DNA of 64,000 nt from Octopus sinensis (lineage: Eukaryota), in assembly GCF_006345805.1 (NCBI RefSeq), contig NC_043012.1:10912001-10976000 (forward strand), in the 5' to 3' direction. A program made the position numbers and the translations under genes. Positions 63,771 through 64,000 of the stretch are shown piece by piece; positions within the stretch are counted from its first letter, which is position 1, and each line of letters opens with the position of its first letter. The notes beneath the pieces were generated by a model that was not told the DNA's origin, did no database searches, and saw nothing but the letters and a program-made list of their open reading frames with translations.

Positions 63771-64000
63771 CCAATATAAATGGTTTTAAACCAGTAGCGT
63801 CGCCAATAGGTGTGGATATGTATTTGTCAATTGTCAAATGTATTTCGTTGCGTTTCTTTACCTTTCTACAGCAAACACCACCGCCGCCGCCACCCTCCAC
63901 ACCACCGCCTCCACCACCACCACCACCACCCTCCATCCGGAGTTTAGTTTTCTTTTCATCCTTCGAAGGAGTGGCGTCCCATAGTCGTCGTCGTAGTTTT

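Overview
Eukaryotic, AT-rich, repeat-saturated DNA. The SINE families, (TATG)n/(TA)n/(CAT)n microsatellite load and LINE relics best fit an octopus (cephalopod) genome; this is recognition from memory, not a database result. Most long ORFs in the supplied track are microsatellite artefacts. Supportable content: many copies of three tRNA-derived SINE families (my labels A, B, C) plus two other dispersed repeats (D, E); relics of RTE/BovB-like, CR1 and L1/Tx1-like LINEs; an RT-deleted Ty3/Gypsy element with a tRNA-Trp PBS; a Chapaev-like transposase pseudogene; piggyBac, hAT and Tc1/mariner-type MITEs, two foldback elements and two non-autonomous Helitrons; a 31-bp minisatellite; and a 100-N gap. 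One probable first coding exon lies on the minus strand (11256-10942) and a few other exons are weak candidates. The most interesting hidden signal is a set of minimal type-I hammerhead ribozymes of the Penelope-like-element (PLE) type at 2418-2463, 28211-28245 and 34767-34804. One is fused to a tRNA-like Pol III head, and a sister copy of another starts exactly at the predicted self-cleavage site. The window also shows SINE-LINE 3'-tail sharing (family B with L1/Tx1-like, family C with RTE). Repeat boundaries are approximate, read by eye.
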